Part shown: positions 37,901-50,243 of the stretch, piece after piece
Layout of the letters: the number at the start of each line of letters is the position of its first letter
Position numbering within the stretch: position 1 is the first letter of the stretch
Assembly: GCF_963506605.1 (NCBI RefSeq)
Contig: NC_083288.1
Location: forward strand, 42,284,001 to 42,348,000
Length of the DNA: 64,000 nucleotides
From: Zootoca vivipara
Lineage: Eukaryota
Direction of reading: 5' to 3'
Program-made: the position numbers and the translations under genes
The notes under the pieces: model-generated
What the model was told of the DNA's origin: nothing
Database searches by the model: none
The model's input: only the letters and a program-made list of their open reading frames with translations

Positions 37901-39418
37901 CAGGAAGGTGAAGGAGGGGGAAGCATTTTGCTGCTACGATTGCATCCCATGTCCAGAAGGGAAGATTTCAGACCAGGAGGGTAAGAAATTTATTGTATAT
38001 ATTTAAGGCCTGTTGCCTCTAATCGAGAACATGCATATGAAATCATGCATTCACCAAGGTTCATTTGACAGTTCAGGATATATTGAGAAATCTTGCTGAA
38101 GAGGGACATAATGAAAGTGTGTGTGTGTGTGATAATTTGTGATTGGATGCCGAATGTTGTTATTAATGAAGAATCCTATAGCAAGATCCACCTCGTTGAA
38201 CAGGATTAGTATAAAGTGGATTTTCAGATGAGCCAGGAGGTTTCTATAAGAGCTGGAAATAAGCCATAATATCTCCTTGATATGATATAATAAACAAAGA
38301 TCAATCAGGCTGAGGTGAATGTGATGCTTCTTAAACTGGTGTAAGCCTTGGACCCTTTTGAAATCACTTTAATTATGTATTCACAAGATCATACTTTAAT
38401 ATATATTTTTTTTTAAAAAAAAAACACTAGCCCAAATGTTAAAATGAGACAAAATAGAGGAAGAGTAGTCACATGTTGCTCATATTTTTGGGATTAAGAA
38501 CCATGTTTTTCTTTCTCAGACATGAATGACTGCTATGAATGTGAAGATGAAAAGTATCCAAACATACATAAGAATGTATGTATTGCCAAGCATATAACAT
38601 TCTTGTCCTTTGAAGAACCTCTGGGCCTAAGCTTAGCCTGTTCTGCTATTTCCTTTGTTTTCATTACAGCACTGGTACTAGAAATATTTGTGAAGCACAG
38701 GGACACTCCCGTTGTGAAAGCCAACAACCGGGACCTCACCTATGCTCTGCTCATCTCCCTCTTGCTTTGCTTCCTTTCTGCATTACTGTTCATCGGATAT
38801 CCGAACAAGGTGACATGTCTTCTCCGACAAACTGTTTTTGGCATCATCTTTTCAGTGGCCGTTTCTTGTGTTCTGGCAAAAACCATCACTGTGGTTCTGG
38901 CTTTCATGGCCACAAAACCAGGATCCAGAATGAGGAAGTGGGTGGGGAAAGGACTGGCAAACTGTATTGTCTTCTCCTGCTCCCTTATCCAGGCAGTCAT
39001 CTGCACTCTGTGGCTGGTGATCTCTCCTCCATACCCTAATGTTGAGATGAAATCAATGGCTGAAGAAATTGTACTGGAGTGCAATGAGGGGACAGTGACC
39101 TTCTTTTACTGTGTCTTGGGCTACATGGGATTCCTAGCTTTGGTCAGTTTCACTGTGGCTTTCCTTGCCCGGAAATTACCTGACAGTTTCAACGAAGCCA
39201 AGTTCATCACTTTCAGCATGTTGGTCTTTTGCAGTGTTTGGTTATCCTTTGTTCCCACCTACATGAGCTCAAAGGGGAAATACATGGTGGCTGTGGAGAT
39301 CTTCTCTATCTTAGCCTCCAGTGCTGGGTTGTTGGGTTGCATCTTTTCCCCAAAATGTTACATTATTTTGCTAAGGCCTGAGCTGAACAATAGGGAGCAC
39401 CTAATAAGAAGAAAATGA
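31913..39418 (+). CDS. Vomeronasal type-2 receptor, gene D, intact 6-exon gene, 874 aa
   Basis: join(31913..32130,33690..33981,34310..35170,35857..36084,37854..37980,38520..39418) = 2625 nt. Introns are GT-AG and the exon structure matches gene B. This is the inverted paralog of gene C. Confidence 0.95.
32459..33397 (+). mobile_element. RTE-X-like non-LTR retrotransposon 3' fragment in intron 1 of V2R-D
   Basis: 14-bp TSD AGACATGTAATATT (32445..32458, 33398..33411), AATAAA and a (GAGTTT)n tail. Degenerate C-terminal ORF RRAFTLARF...[25 protein letters not shown] with a CCHC motif. Absent from gene C. Confidence 0.8.
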
Positions 39419-40269
39419 TGAAGACATCAAAAGTCTGTGTCATTGGCTATAATATTTAGTTCAGGGATTTGTATGTATCCCTGAAAAGAAGCACCTAGAA
39501 CTGTAGGCTACCAACCAACAGGATTAACCCTCCTCGGCTGTCAGTTGGAAAGTAGGAAGGAGATTGTGTGTCTCCTTTCCTTGCCTGCTTCCAAAAATCA
39601 GAATTTTTAAAACAACATTTAAATATTAGCCCTGTCCCCAAATTATTCTGAGGATGGATACAGGACTGGGCAGTTGTTCCCTCGGGCAGCCCAATTCAGG
39701 GCCCAAAATTGCACACACACCCCAGATCACGTAGGCTGTGCAGATGCCCACTTCTCATTACTATTGACTGAAAATCTCCACTACTTGCCTTCTTTCAACA
39801 CACTGAGTCCTCCATATTCAGCGATCCCTGATCTACTGCATATTTTCCTCTCCTCAGTTTCAACTCTGTATTTCTTATTCTTAGGCCTTGGCACTGTACT
39901 ATTCTGCTCTGATGATCTTTCTCACAACTTATGCGCACCATAGATGAACAATTTCACCCTGTCTAATCCCATTTTATTTTTCTGCATTTGGCTGTGTTAC
40001 ATCCTGCTCCACTATAGTAGCAATTTTCAGGATAAGTCTGTGCAAAGCTGTGAAAAGCTGTGAAATAAAAAATGTGTACAGTCTGGATGGAGTGCCAGCA
40101 ACTCTCTGTTTGTGCGGAGTTCATGTTCCGAGTCATTACACAAATAAGTGGTCTCATGTAAGCCTGTTCCATCTCTGTTCCACCCCCTTCAGGGGCCACA
40201 AATTGACGCATGCATCATCCGTCATGGGTCCATCAGGAGCACGCAAAGTGTTCCCCGCCTGCACATATA

Positions 40270-40497
40270 CAGTGGTACCTCGACTTACGAAGGCGATCCG
40301 TTCCGCAGCGCTCTTCGTAAGTCGAATCCTTCGGTTGTGGAAGCGTCCATTTTGTGCATGCGCAAAGCGCGTTTTTGCGCTTCTGCGCGTGCACCGACCC
40401 CACGCGCCGCTTCTGCGCAGGTGCAGAATGCACTCGCAGCAAAAAGACTTCCAGGTTTGCCGACTTCGGAAGTCATTCGGATGTCGAGGTACCCCTG
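40270..40497. mobile_element. Tc1/mariner (pogo/Tigger-like) MITE
   Basis: TA|CAGTGGTACCTCGAC ... GTCGAGGTACCCCTG|TA. CpG-rich, so probably young. Empty site at about 2885-2900. Confidence 0.9.
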
Positions 40498-40616
40498 TAA
40501 TTGCAACCAGCAATGACTTAGGATGGCAGGCTCTGATAATGGCCTCGTGGGTTGGTTGCTGATGTGCTTGGTTTGCTGGTAAATTGGCAGGATACCAACC
40601 TAAGTGACAGAAGAGG

Positions 40617-40752
40617 CAGGGCATCTTTTCAGCCGGAACTCACCAGAACTCAGTTCAGGGAGCTTCCATGTGGGCGCCATTGCCATTATAAGAGAATAAG
40701 GGAGGTGTTCACACTGAGTTCCGGCATCTCTTTTTCTAGAAAAATAGCACTG
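40617..40752. mobile_element. hAT MITE, shared by V2R 3' flanks (copies at about 3033-3129 and 17507-17640)
   Basis: CAGGGCATCTTTTC ... GAAAAATAGCACTG, with 8-bp TSD AGAAGAGG/AGAAGGGG. Confidence 0.75.
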
Positions 40753-41732
40753 AGAAGGGGCATTGGGCTGGACCCTTGGTGGCAATGGGCAGGAAGAGGG
40801 GAGCCCTCCTAGTGATCCCGTGGGGTTTCCCAGGGGTGGTTCACACCATAGGGGCTTCCGTAACTAAGGGTTATGTTTCACCACTTTCTTCTCCACTTTG
40901 AAAGAACTCTTATCTCTTCAGATTAGGGAGCATAAATGAATACTGCTAACAATCCAGGAGAGAGACCCCACAGCTAGACTGTTAAAGAGGCAAAGTGAAC
41001 AAAGAACTGGAAAGCACTTATTTCTTCCCTCACTAGTGAAAAAGAGAGAGGGAAGACATTTGTATTTTTATTTTCTGGTGGCGTTTATGTTGTTGGTTCC
41101 CCCTAAATAGCTTCCCTCCATATTAAAAGGGAAGGGTTTTTATTTATTTATTTAAAGGAAACTACCTTTTTGCTTGCTCGCCCTTGATAAAAAGGGAAAG
41201 ATTGAGGGGGCGGGCTAGAGGGGACCTTCTGGGGTGTGGAGGGGAGAAGATTTAGCTGGCTGCCTTATGCTGAAATGGGAGGTTGGGTACTCTGTGAGAA
41301 TGATGTGGAGGGTGTTTTTTCAGTAAGCAGTGAAAGCAAATGCACATCTACTCACAAGCAAGCCCTACTGAATTCAACAGGGCTTACTCTCAGGAAAGTA
41401 GAAGAAAGTTTAGTTGACCTCAGTGGGGTTTATGGCTGCACAGATTCCACTTAGACCTCTGAGTGGGGAAACAGATGCAGCTTGACCACTCTTAAATTAG
41501 TTGAAAATATATTATAATGTATGGATGTTTGTTTACTATTTTTATTAAATCTACTGCTTCCTTACATCTTAAGGCCCTCCACCACCGCAGGGAGCCTCCT
41601 CAAGGCCCTTGGCTGCTGCGGGGAAGCGCAGTGCCCCTCTGCTGCCATGGGGAGGTACGGCGGGACCCTTTGCTGCTTCAACAAAGCATGGCGCACACTC
41701 CGCCACCGCAGATGTATATCGTGATATATCAA

Positions 41733-42309
41733 AATTAAAAAATTCCTTCAGTAGCACCTTAAAGACCAACTAAGTTTTTATTTTGGTATGAGCTTTCGTG
41801 TGCATGCACACTTCATCAGATACACTGAAACAGAAGTCACCAGACCCTTATGTATATTCAGAGGGTGGGGGTGGGGGTGATGGGAATGGGTGATGGGCTG
41901 ATAGGAGTGGTAAACCTGTTGATGACTGTTAACGACTGTTAATGACTGCAATTGGTCTGGCGGGGGGGGGGAAGCAAGGGCTGAAGTGCTAAGGAAAGCT
42001 TGATCATGTATAATGAGATAAGAATCCTATGTCTCTGTTCATTCCATGGTTTTAAGCTTGCTAATGAGTTGCAATTCAGCAACTTCTCTTTCCAGTTTGT
42101 TTCTGAAATTTTTCTGTAATAAAACATCTGCTTTGAGATCTTGTATGGAATGTCCTGGGAGATTGAAGTGTTCTCCTACTGGTTTCTCTGTCTTGTGATT
42201 CCTGATGTCAGATTTATGTCCATTTATCCTTTGGCGTAGGGATTGGCCTGTTTGTCCAATATAGAGAGCTGAAGGGCACTGTTGGCATTTGATGGCATAC
42301 ACAATGTTA
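41733..42309 (-). mobile_element. Penelope-like element (Poseidon type), 5'-truncated, GIY-YIG plus 3' pLTR
   Basis: ORF 42039..42302 reads VYAIKCQQCPSALYIGQTGQSLRQRINGHKSDIR...PVGEHFNLPGHS. 10-bp TSD GATATATCAA (41723..41732, 42310..42319). Confidence 0.9.
41786..41823 (-). ncRNA. Minimal type I hammerhead ribozyme motif in the Penelope pLTR
   Basis: 5'-GUAU CUGAUGA A GUGUGC AU GCACAC GAAA GC UC AUAC-3'. It has a complete core, helix I GUAU/AUAC, a 6-bp helix II and a palindromic AGCU helix III. Confidence 0.75.
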
Positions 42310-42323
42310 GATATATCAAGATA

Positions 42324-42740
42324 CAGTGGTACCTCGGTTTATGAACACAATTGGTTCCGGAAGTCTGTTCATAAACTGAAGCGTTCATAAACTGAAGCGA
42401 ACTTTCCCATTGAAAGTAATGGAAAGTGAATTAATCCGTTCCAGACGGTCCGCAGAGTAAGCGTTCATAAACTGAAGCAAACTTTCCCATTGAAAGTAAT
42501 GGAAAGTGGATTAATCCGTTCCAGACGGGTCCGCGGAGTACTTAAACTGAAGCGTTCATAAACTGAAGCATGGGTGTAATTGGTTCCGGAAGTCTGTTCA
42601 TAAACTGAAGCATTCATAAACTGAAGCAAACTTTCCCATTGAAAGTAATGGAAAATGAATTAATCCATTCCAGATGGGTCCGCGGCGTTCATAAACCGAA
42701 AATTCATAAACCGAGGTGTTCATAAACCGAGGTTCCACTG
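42324..42740. mobile_element. Tc1/mariner (pogo/Tigger-like) MITE with internal tandem triplication
   Basis: TA|CAGTGGTACCTCGGTTTATGAACAC ... GTGTTCATAAACCGAGGTTCCACTG|TA, with three internal copies of AACTTTCCCATTGAAAGTAATGGAAA..ATTAATCC. Confidence 0.92.
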
Positions 42741-42996
42741 TATTGTGATATTTAGCTGGCGATATATTGTGATGTTAAAAACAAGATATCGCCAAGCCCT
42801 AATCTGGACAATATTCCATTGATTGAAGTGGTAAAATCACACATTTAAAAAGGAGGAGAAAATCACACTCCACTTTTCCCGATCTTTCTTGATCCTGTGT
42901 CATTTACTCAGGAAACCAAATCAGAAGTCAAACTAGCACAGAACGTACCCTTGAGAACAGCTCTGTAACACTTGCCTCACAAAGTTTTACTTTTTA

Positions 42997-44579
42997 TTAT
43001 TATTATTTTTATAATAATTTTATTGATTTTTTTTTATAGAAACAAAACAAACAAAACACACAATACATACTATGTCCCTCCAATTTCCCTCCCCCCACAA
43101 GTCCACTTCTGCCACCAGTAGAACCCGTGGGCATTGAGAATCAGAGGGGTCCATTGTAAGGCTGGGTTTGACCTCCCCCTCCCCCCTCATCCCCTCCCTG
43201 CCACTGAAAGGACAGGGATGGAGGGGCTCTGGGGATTGGTTTCCCCTCAGCTGCTCCTTTAACACAAGCCTTCAACAAAGCATAAACACAATACCTATAA
43301 AAAAAGAAAAACAACACCAAAAAAGAAAACAAATAAAAATTTAAAAATTTCCAATTCTTATTTTCTTCACATTATAATTGTGACTTCCTCAAATCTCTTC
43401 TTCCTGGTTTTCCTAACTTCTCTAATTAATTGTGGCGGATTTTCTACTTCATTTCCAAATCTTATCCTTATAATATTAACTTATTCCTCCTCCTTCTTCA
43501 TGCTGCCTCCCCACAAGTCCCCTCCTGCCACAAGAGGAACCTGCTAGGCGCAGCACTTCAAAGGTTCCATTTTTGTGTCTGGGCTTCCCTCCCCCCCCTC
43601 TCCCCCCCAGAGCACCCTCTGCCACCAGGTGCTTCTGAGCAAAGAGAGGGGGGAAGGCGGCCCTCCATCCAGACACCTATCTGAACACAAACATATCACT
43701 ACAAATCCAAAAATTGTTTCCCAAGCCATTCTTCTACTCCCCTCCAGAAAACTAAATTTTTATATCTATTCACTCTCCCTTCTCCTCCCGGTGTCTTTTT
43801 CCCCCCCTTGGATCAGCAGTCCTTTAACAGGCCAAGATTTCAGAAACCGTTAATCAATCACTAAAATACTTTTTGACTAAAATTTTTTACCCCACACCCA
43901 TTCTTTCCCACTTCCAAATCCAGGCCTCTGTCCCCCCCTCCCTCTGCCTTTCCTTTTCCTCAATTACCCATGCCCAATTTTTAGTCCCTCCAGGAGCCTT
44001 CTTTTCTTGAATCAATTCATTTTGTTGTTCTTGACAGCTGTCATTTTCCTTTTCAAGTCCTTGTTGTTCTTCCTCCAAGTCACATTTTTTATAATCCACC
44101 TCAGTTTTTGCAAAATCCACTTCTTGTTCTTTGCTCTCAAATAGGCTTTCCACACTGTCCTCTAAGTCCTGATCTTGAACCAAAGTCTCTGAACATGTTG
44201 GACTGGAGTGTTGCAGTGTCCTGTGAATGTCCTTCAGAATCTCTAAATAGTTCAAAACTGTCTCTTGGAAGCTTGGTGAATACATTGTTTTCATTCCTTC
44301 TAACCACAGACTGGCAGGAGATTAGGAGGCAGAGCACACTGGAAATTTCCATTCACTCACGCTTTCCTCCATCTTGGCTATTCCTTCCATTGTCTTTAAC
44401 TTTTCCACAATAAATCATCTCTTAAGTCCAAATGCTTCTCTTTTAATAAGATCTTACAACCAGTTAAACTCTCAACAAATTTTATAAATTTTTCTTGTCT
44501 TTTGGCAGTTTTGACAGCTTTGACAGCTGTCAAAAATTTTCCCCTTAACGCACTTACTGTTCCTCAGGAGGTGCCGGCG
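42997..44579 (-). mobile_element. L1-type retroposed insertion lacking reverse transcriptase (non-autonomous / HAL1-like candidate)
   Basis: 16-bp TSD AAAGTTTTACTTTTTA (42981..42996, 44580..44595), with AATAAA and an A-rich tail on the minus strand. The only notable ORF is a 135-aa E/K/Q-rich one (43887..44294). Empty site at about 53730-53750. Confidence 0.7.
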
Positions 44580-45860
44580 AAAGTTTTACTTTTTAAACTA
44601 GCTCCCTGGGACCAGATAAGGCACCAGCAAATGCAATCCCTGTGGGGGGTGGGGGGGATGAGCAATTAATTACTTACACACACTCTATTTACTCTTGATT
44701 TACTGTTCATCCTGCCTTTTAGGTAGATATCTCATCCTTGCAACACACACAGCCAACAGATGGAACTCAATCAAACAGCTCCATGTTCATGCTGAGCTGA
44801 ACCGAAGAAGTTGCTGCAGAAAACCTCAAGGAATATCTGCTTGGGTTTGCAGGTGAGCGAAACAATAGTTGAGGATGTATTAGATTTTTCCAAAGGGCAG
44901 GTCAAGGCTCTGAGATGAATGAAATTTTTCAAACTCCTCCAAGGAGCTGTTCAGCATTTTCCATCTGCTAATCTGCTATCTCCCCCTCTCTATCTCCAAC
45001 GCTCCACATGCTTTTTTGTGGCTAGATTGCTTAGGGACATAGGGGTAGCATAGAGACTGGTCAGCATTGTTAGGATTTAATTCTCCACCCAAAGCAACTG
45101 GAGACTATGTATAGGGCCTTCAGGGTCAGAGGTGGCATGCCTCTCAATGCTGGAGAACAACAGTGGAAGAAGGTTGCTGCTCTCAAATACTTATTGTGGG
45201 TTTCTCATGGCCATCCGTCAGAAGACAGAACACTCAGCTAGATTACTGCAGCCTGATCTGGAATGAATCCATCCCAGCATGTTGTTAGAATACTGAGGTT
45301 AGGGAAGTGGTGTTCCTTTCTAAGGGAGAATATAAGAACTTGAGCAATCAGAACTACCCATCCAGATCAGACTGTGGCTCAGATAAACGTTACATATACA
45401 CATTGAGGTTGAATCCTGACAAGACAGAAGTACTGTTTGTGGGGGACAGGAGGCAGGCAGGTGTGGGGGACTCCCTGGTCCTGAATGAGGTAACTGTGCC
45501 CCTGAAGGACCAGGTGTGCAGCCTGGGAGTCATTTTGGACTCACAGCTGTCCATGGAGGTGCAGGTTAATTCTGTATCCAGGGCAGCTGTATATCAGCTC
45601 CATCTGGTATGCAGGCTGAGACCCTACGTGCCCGCGGACTGTCTCGCCAGAGTGGTGCATGCTCTAGTTATCTCTTGCTTGAACTACTGCAATACGCTCT
45701 ATGTGGGGCTACCTTTGAAGGTGATCCGGAAACTACAATTAATCCAGAATGCGGCAGCCAGACTGGTGACTGGGAGCAGCCGCCGAGACCACATAATTCC
45801 GGTCTTGAAAGACCTGCATTGGCTCCCAGTATGTTTCCAAGCACAATTCAAAGTGTTGGT

Positions 45861-46548
45861 TGTTGTTGTTTAGTCGTTTAGTCGTGTACGACTCTTCGTG
45901 ACCCCATGGACCACAGCACGCCAGGCACTCCTGTCTTGCACTGCCTCCCGCAGTTTGGTCAAACTCATGTTCGTAGCCTCGAGAACACTGTCCAACCATC
46001 TTGTCCTCTGAAGTCCCCTTCTCCTAGTGCCCTCAATCTTTCCCAACATCAGGGTCTTTTCCAAGGATTCTTCTCTTCTCATGAGGTGGCCAAAGTATTG
46101 GAGCCTCAGCTTCACGATCTGTCCTTCCAGGGAGCACTCAGGGCTGATTTCCTTAAGAATGGATAGGTTTGATGTTCTTGCAGTCCATGGGACTCTCAAG
46201 AGTCTCCTCCAGCACCACAATTCAAAAGCATCAATTCTTCGGTGATCAGCCTTCTTTATGGTCCAGCTCTCACTTCCATACATCACTACTGGGAAAACCA
46301 TAGCTTTAACTATACGGACCTTTGTCGGCAAGGTGATGTCTCTGCTTTTTAAGATGCTGTCTAGGTTTGTCATTGCTTTTCTCCCAAGAAGCAGGCGTCT
46401 TTTAATTTCGTGACTGCTGTCACCATCTGCAGTGATCAAGGAGCCCAAGAAGGTGAAATCTCTCACTGCCTCCATTTCTTCCCCTTCTATTTGCCAGGAG
46501 GTGATGGGACCAGTGGCCATGATCTTGGTTTTTTTGATGTTGAGCTTC
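45861..46548 (-). mobile_element. BovB (RTE) LINE 3' fragment nested in L2
   Basis: Open 216-aa ORF 45870..46520 (...EIKRRLLLGRKAMTNLDSILKSRDITLPTK...HGVTKSRTRLND), (CAA)n tail and 9-bp TSD AGTGTTGGT. Confidence 0.95.
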
Positions 46549-46810
46549 AGTGTTGGTGCTGACCTTTAAAGCCCTAAACAGCCTCGGTCCAGTATACCTG
46601 AAGGAGCGTCTCCACCTCCATCGCTCTGCCCGGACACTGAGGTCCAGTGCCGAGGGCCTTCTGGCGGTTCCCTCGCTGCGAGAAGCAAAGCTACAGGGAA
46701 CCAGGCTAAGGGCCTTCTTGGTAGTGGCACCCACCCTGTGGAACGCCCTCCCACCAGAGAAAAATAACTACCAGACTTTTAGAGGACATCTGAAGGCAGC
46801 CCTGTTTAGG

Positions 46811-46900
46811 CATAGCTGCCAAGTTATCCCTTTTTTAAAGGGATTTTCCCTTATGCTGAATAGGCTTCCTCGCGAGAAAAGGGAAAACTTGGCAGCTATG
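46811..46900. mobile_element. 90-bp MITE nested in L2
   Basis: 15-bp perfect TIR CATAGCTGCCAAGTT with a flanking 8-9-bp duplication CTGTTTAG(G). Confidence 0.8.
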
Positions 46901-47015
46901 AACTGTTTAGGGAAGCTTTTAATCTTTAAGAAATTAGTGTATTCTAATATTTCTGTTGGAAGCCGCCCAGAGTGGCTGGGGAAACCCAGCTAGATGGGCG
47001 GGGTATAAATAATAA

Positions 47016-47062
<47 letters not shown>

Positions 47063-48212
47063 AGTTCATTCCGTTTTCCCAGTATTTCCTGACTATCAAT
47101 GTTCAAATTATATTGGCTCTTTTAAGAACTAAGAAGGTAAACAGTGTAAGTTTAGCCCCATTTCCATAATATTTGCAAATGATTTTTATGGCAGCAAATA
47201 ACATGGAAATTAGCACTAAAACTGCATTATATTCCACCATAGTTCTGGAAGTTGTTGTGTGAATGATCAAATATAGCGTGGAAATTAACAGTTACATAAA
47301 CTTTGGGGAAATACCGGTAGCATAAACAATGTGTGAATGCAGCCTGGGCCATCTAGCTGAGCACTCTGTCTTCAGACAGTGCCTAACCAGATGTTTCTTT
47401 GGAAAGGAATCTCAAAATAGGCCATGATCTTGTCATCTGACTGTTCATAATTCTGACAGTTATTTCCTCTGCCTCTGAACACACTGTCATGCACAGGAGG
47501 CATTGAGAAATCTCTGTGTGTTCATATATTTATTTCTGTAATTTATTCTTATTATCACAATGGGCTGTGGCAACAAATTTCACAGGTGACCAATGAGCTG
47601 TCCAGCTGGTTCCTTTCACTTTGCGCAATAGAAAATCATGGGTGTAACATCTAAAGTGCCATCTAATACTGATCTTAGCACCTAATGGGCTGCAGCCAAA
47701 ACAGGGCTGAGAAACACCAGCATCCCCAGTGGAACCTCGATAAGTCCCCCAAAAAGTTTGTTGACAGAAAGTGGATTTGGTGGGTGTTATATTGGATTGG
47801 ACAAAGTGAATATTGTTTTTTTATAGCAGATGTAGAATCAAAAGTTACTTATTTTCTAAATCTTATTTTTCTATCTTTCTCTTTTAACCTCTTTTCTACT
47901 CTTTCTCTTTCTTTCTCTTTCTCCATTTCCTTCTACACCCCCACCGTTTTGGTGTTTTCATTATATCTAAATAAAAGTACTGGTTTGGTGTGTTTTTTAA
48001 GGGGGGGAGAATGTTAAGTTTTGAATTTTTTTCTATAAACCTTAATTAATGTTTTTTTAAAAAGTAAGAAAGAAAGTAAAATAAAAAATCTTTTAGAAAA
48101 CACCAAGGAAGCTGAATGTTGGAAGGTTCAGGGCAGGTGAAATCAAGCACTTCAGGAGGCGGTGATAGCCACCAACTTTGCATAACCTTAAAAGAGGATT
48201 AGACACATTAAT

Positions 48213-48801
48213 AGGGACGCGGGTGGCGCTGTGGGTTAAACCACAGAGCCTAGGGCTTGCCGATCAGAAGGTCAGCGGTTCGAATCCCCGCGACGGGGTG
48301 AGCTCCCGTTGCTCAGTCCCAGCTCCTGCCAACCTAGCAGTTCGAAAGCATGTCCAAGTGCAAGTAGATAAATAGGTACTGCTGCGGTGGGAAGGTAAAC
48401 GGCATTTACCAGTGTGGTGTAGTGGTTAAGCGGTAGACTCGTAATCTGGGGAACTGGGTTCGCGTCTCCGTTCCTCCACATGCAGCTGTTGGGTGACCTT
48501 GGGCTAGTCACACTTCTCTGAAGTCTCTCAGCCCCACCTCACAGGGTGTCTGTTGTGGGGGAGGAGGGGAAAGGAGATTGTTAGCCGCTTTGAGACTCCT
48601 TCGGGTAGTGATAAGGCGAGATATCAAATCCAAACTCTTCTTCTTCCGTGTGTTGCTCTGGTTCGCCAGAAGCGGCTTTGTCATGCTGGCCACATGACCT
48701 GGAAGCTATACGCTGGCTCCCTCGGCCAATAATGCGAGATGAGCGCGCAACCCCAGAGTCGGTCACGACTGGACCTAATGGTCAGGGGTCCCTTTAGCTT
48801 T
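48213..48801 (+). mobile_element. Full-length Sauria (Squam1) SINE, interrupted by a Squam3 SINE
   Basis: GGGACGCGGGTGGCGCTGTGGGTTAAACC head, GGTTCGAATCC B box and GGGGTCCCTTTA tail. TSD TTAGACACAT(T/C)AAT. Confidence 0.92.
48408..48646 (+). mobile_element. Squam3 (tRNA/CORE-derived) SINE nested in the Sauria SINE
   Basis: CCAGTGTGGTGTAGTGGTTAAG head, GGGTGACCTTGGGCTAGTCAC core and (CTT)n tail. Confidence 0.8.
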
Positions 48802-49774
48802 TTAGACACATCAATGGAGGACAAGGTCACCAATCACTACCAGCCGCAATGGATACGTTCTGCCTCCACAGTCACAGGCATCTTAGCACCATATCATCCT
48901 TGTTTTGTTGTTAACATTTGGAGGGGGTGGCTAGGAATAAAAAGTTGAAAGCAAACGGGAAGAAGAGCAACACATATCAGCTATGACCACACACTCAACC
49001 ACCCTGTCCCATCCATTAGAAACTACACTATCATATTAAATACAAAAGACACACAAACACAAGGGAAATCAGTAGAGAGAGGTGCACGGAAACAAAAGCA
49101 ATAGTAATGACGATAATTTATTTCTGCTTTTATTATGATTATTGCCTCTATGCCTCAGTTTTTTGTGTTTAACTTTTGTATTCCAACTCCTTTTTGAACC
49201 TGCACTAGTTTCATTTGTTCATCTACTTTCTGCAACATAATTTTTCTACTTCTCAAATATTGATTTTTTTTTCTTTTTTGCTCAATTGGTGTTACAAGAC
49301 CTGGTCCAGAGTGTTTTCTCATTCCCCTTTGTATGCTAACAGCTCTGAATCTAAAGCAGAAAAAGAGAGGAAATGGCACAAGCCTCAACAGAGAGGCATG
49401 ACCCTGATATTCCTCATCCATGCTCTAACCCAGCACTCTTAACAAACAACTGTTCCCAGTATTCCCATGGTGTGTCATTTTCTGGTTCACCTCAGGCAGC
49501 AAGTTAACTTGGGCTGGTCCTGCTTTCTATAAGATTGGGAGCCTATGGCCCTTCGGATATTTGTTTGGACTCTTGAGTCCCATCATCCCTAGCCAACATG
49601 CTCAGGAATGACAGGAGATGGAGTCCGACAGCATCTGAATGGCCACAGATGATACTGATTTGGATGGAGCAATAGTACGATGCAGCATATGTCACCCTAT
49701 GATGTTTTTGTGGATATTGTATGAATCACTAGGGCAGTAGCCTCAGGACCCAGCCAAGAATAATAGCAGCTGAC

Positions 49775-50084
49775 AAACACCCCCATCGTTCTGCCCAGAC
49801 ACTGAGGTCCAGTACCGAGGGCCTTCTGGCGGTTCCCTCGTTGCGAGAAGCCAAGTTGCAGGGAACCAGGCAGAGGGCCTTCTTGGTGGTGGCGCCCACC
49901 CTGTGGAACACCCTCCCATCACATGTCAAAGAGAAAAACAGCTACCAGATTTTTAGAAGACATCTGAAGGCAGCCCTGTTTAGGGAGGCTTTTAATGTTT
50001 AATCAATTATTTTATTTCATTCTTCTGTTGGAAGCCACCCAGAATGGCTGGGGAAGCCCAGCCAGATGGGTGGGGTTTAAATAA

Positions 50085-50132
<48 letters not shown>

Positions 50133-50147
50133 GGTATTATTATTATT
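49775..50147 (+). mobile_element. L2 LINE 3' end with (TAT)n tail, just upstream of the OR pseudogene acceptor
   Basis: Highly similar to 46610-47060 but without the MITE. Confidence 0.9.
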
Positions 50148-50243
50148 AATCATTTACTGATTTTACCTAAAGCTTTGATGGAATCATCTCATTACCCTTG
50201 CCTTTCTCCCCTTCCTATTTTTACAGAGGTATGCATGAAGGGA

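Larger units (their letters stand above)
45402..47060 (+). mobile_element. L2 LINE 3' portion (interrupted by BovB and a MITE)
   Basis: Encodes LRLNPDKTEVL...LGVILDSQLSM...LQLIQNAAARLVTG...LHWLPV..QFKVLVLTFKAL, and ends in a (TAT)n tail. Confidence 0.92.

Noticed and set aside
42340-42730. Periodic repeats resembling a CRISPR array or satellite
   Set aside because: They are internal tandem duplications of a TIR-bounded MITE in eukaryotic DNA, with no unique spacers.
48408-48480. tRNA-like sequence (also 25250-25294 and 48214-48290)
   Set aside because: These are SINE heads followed by SINE bodies, not complete tRNA genes.
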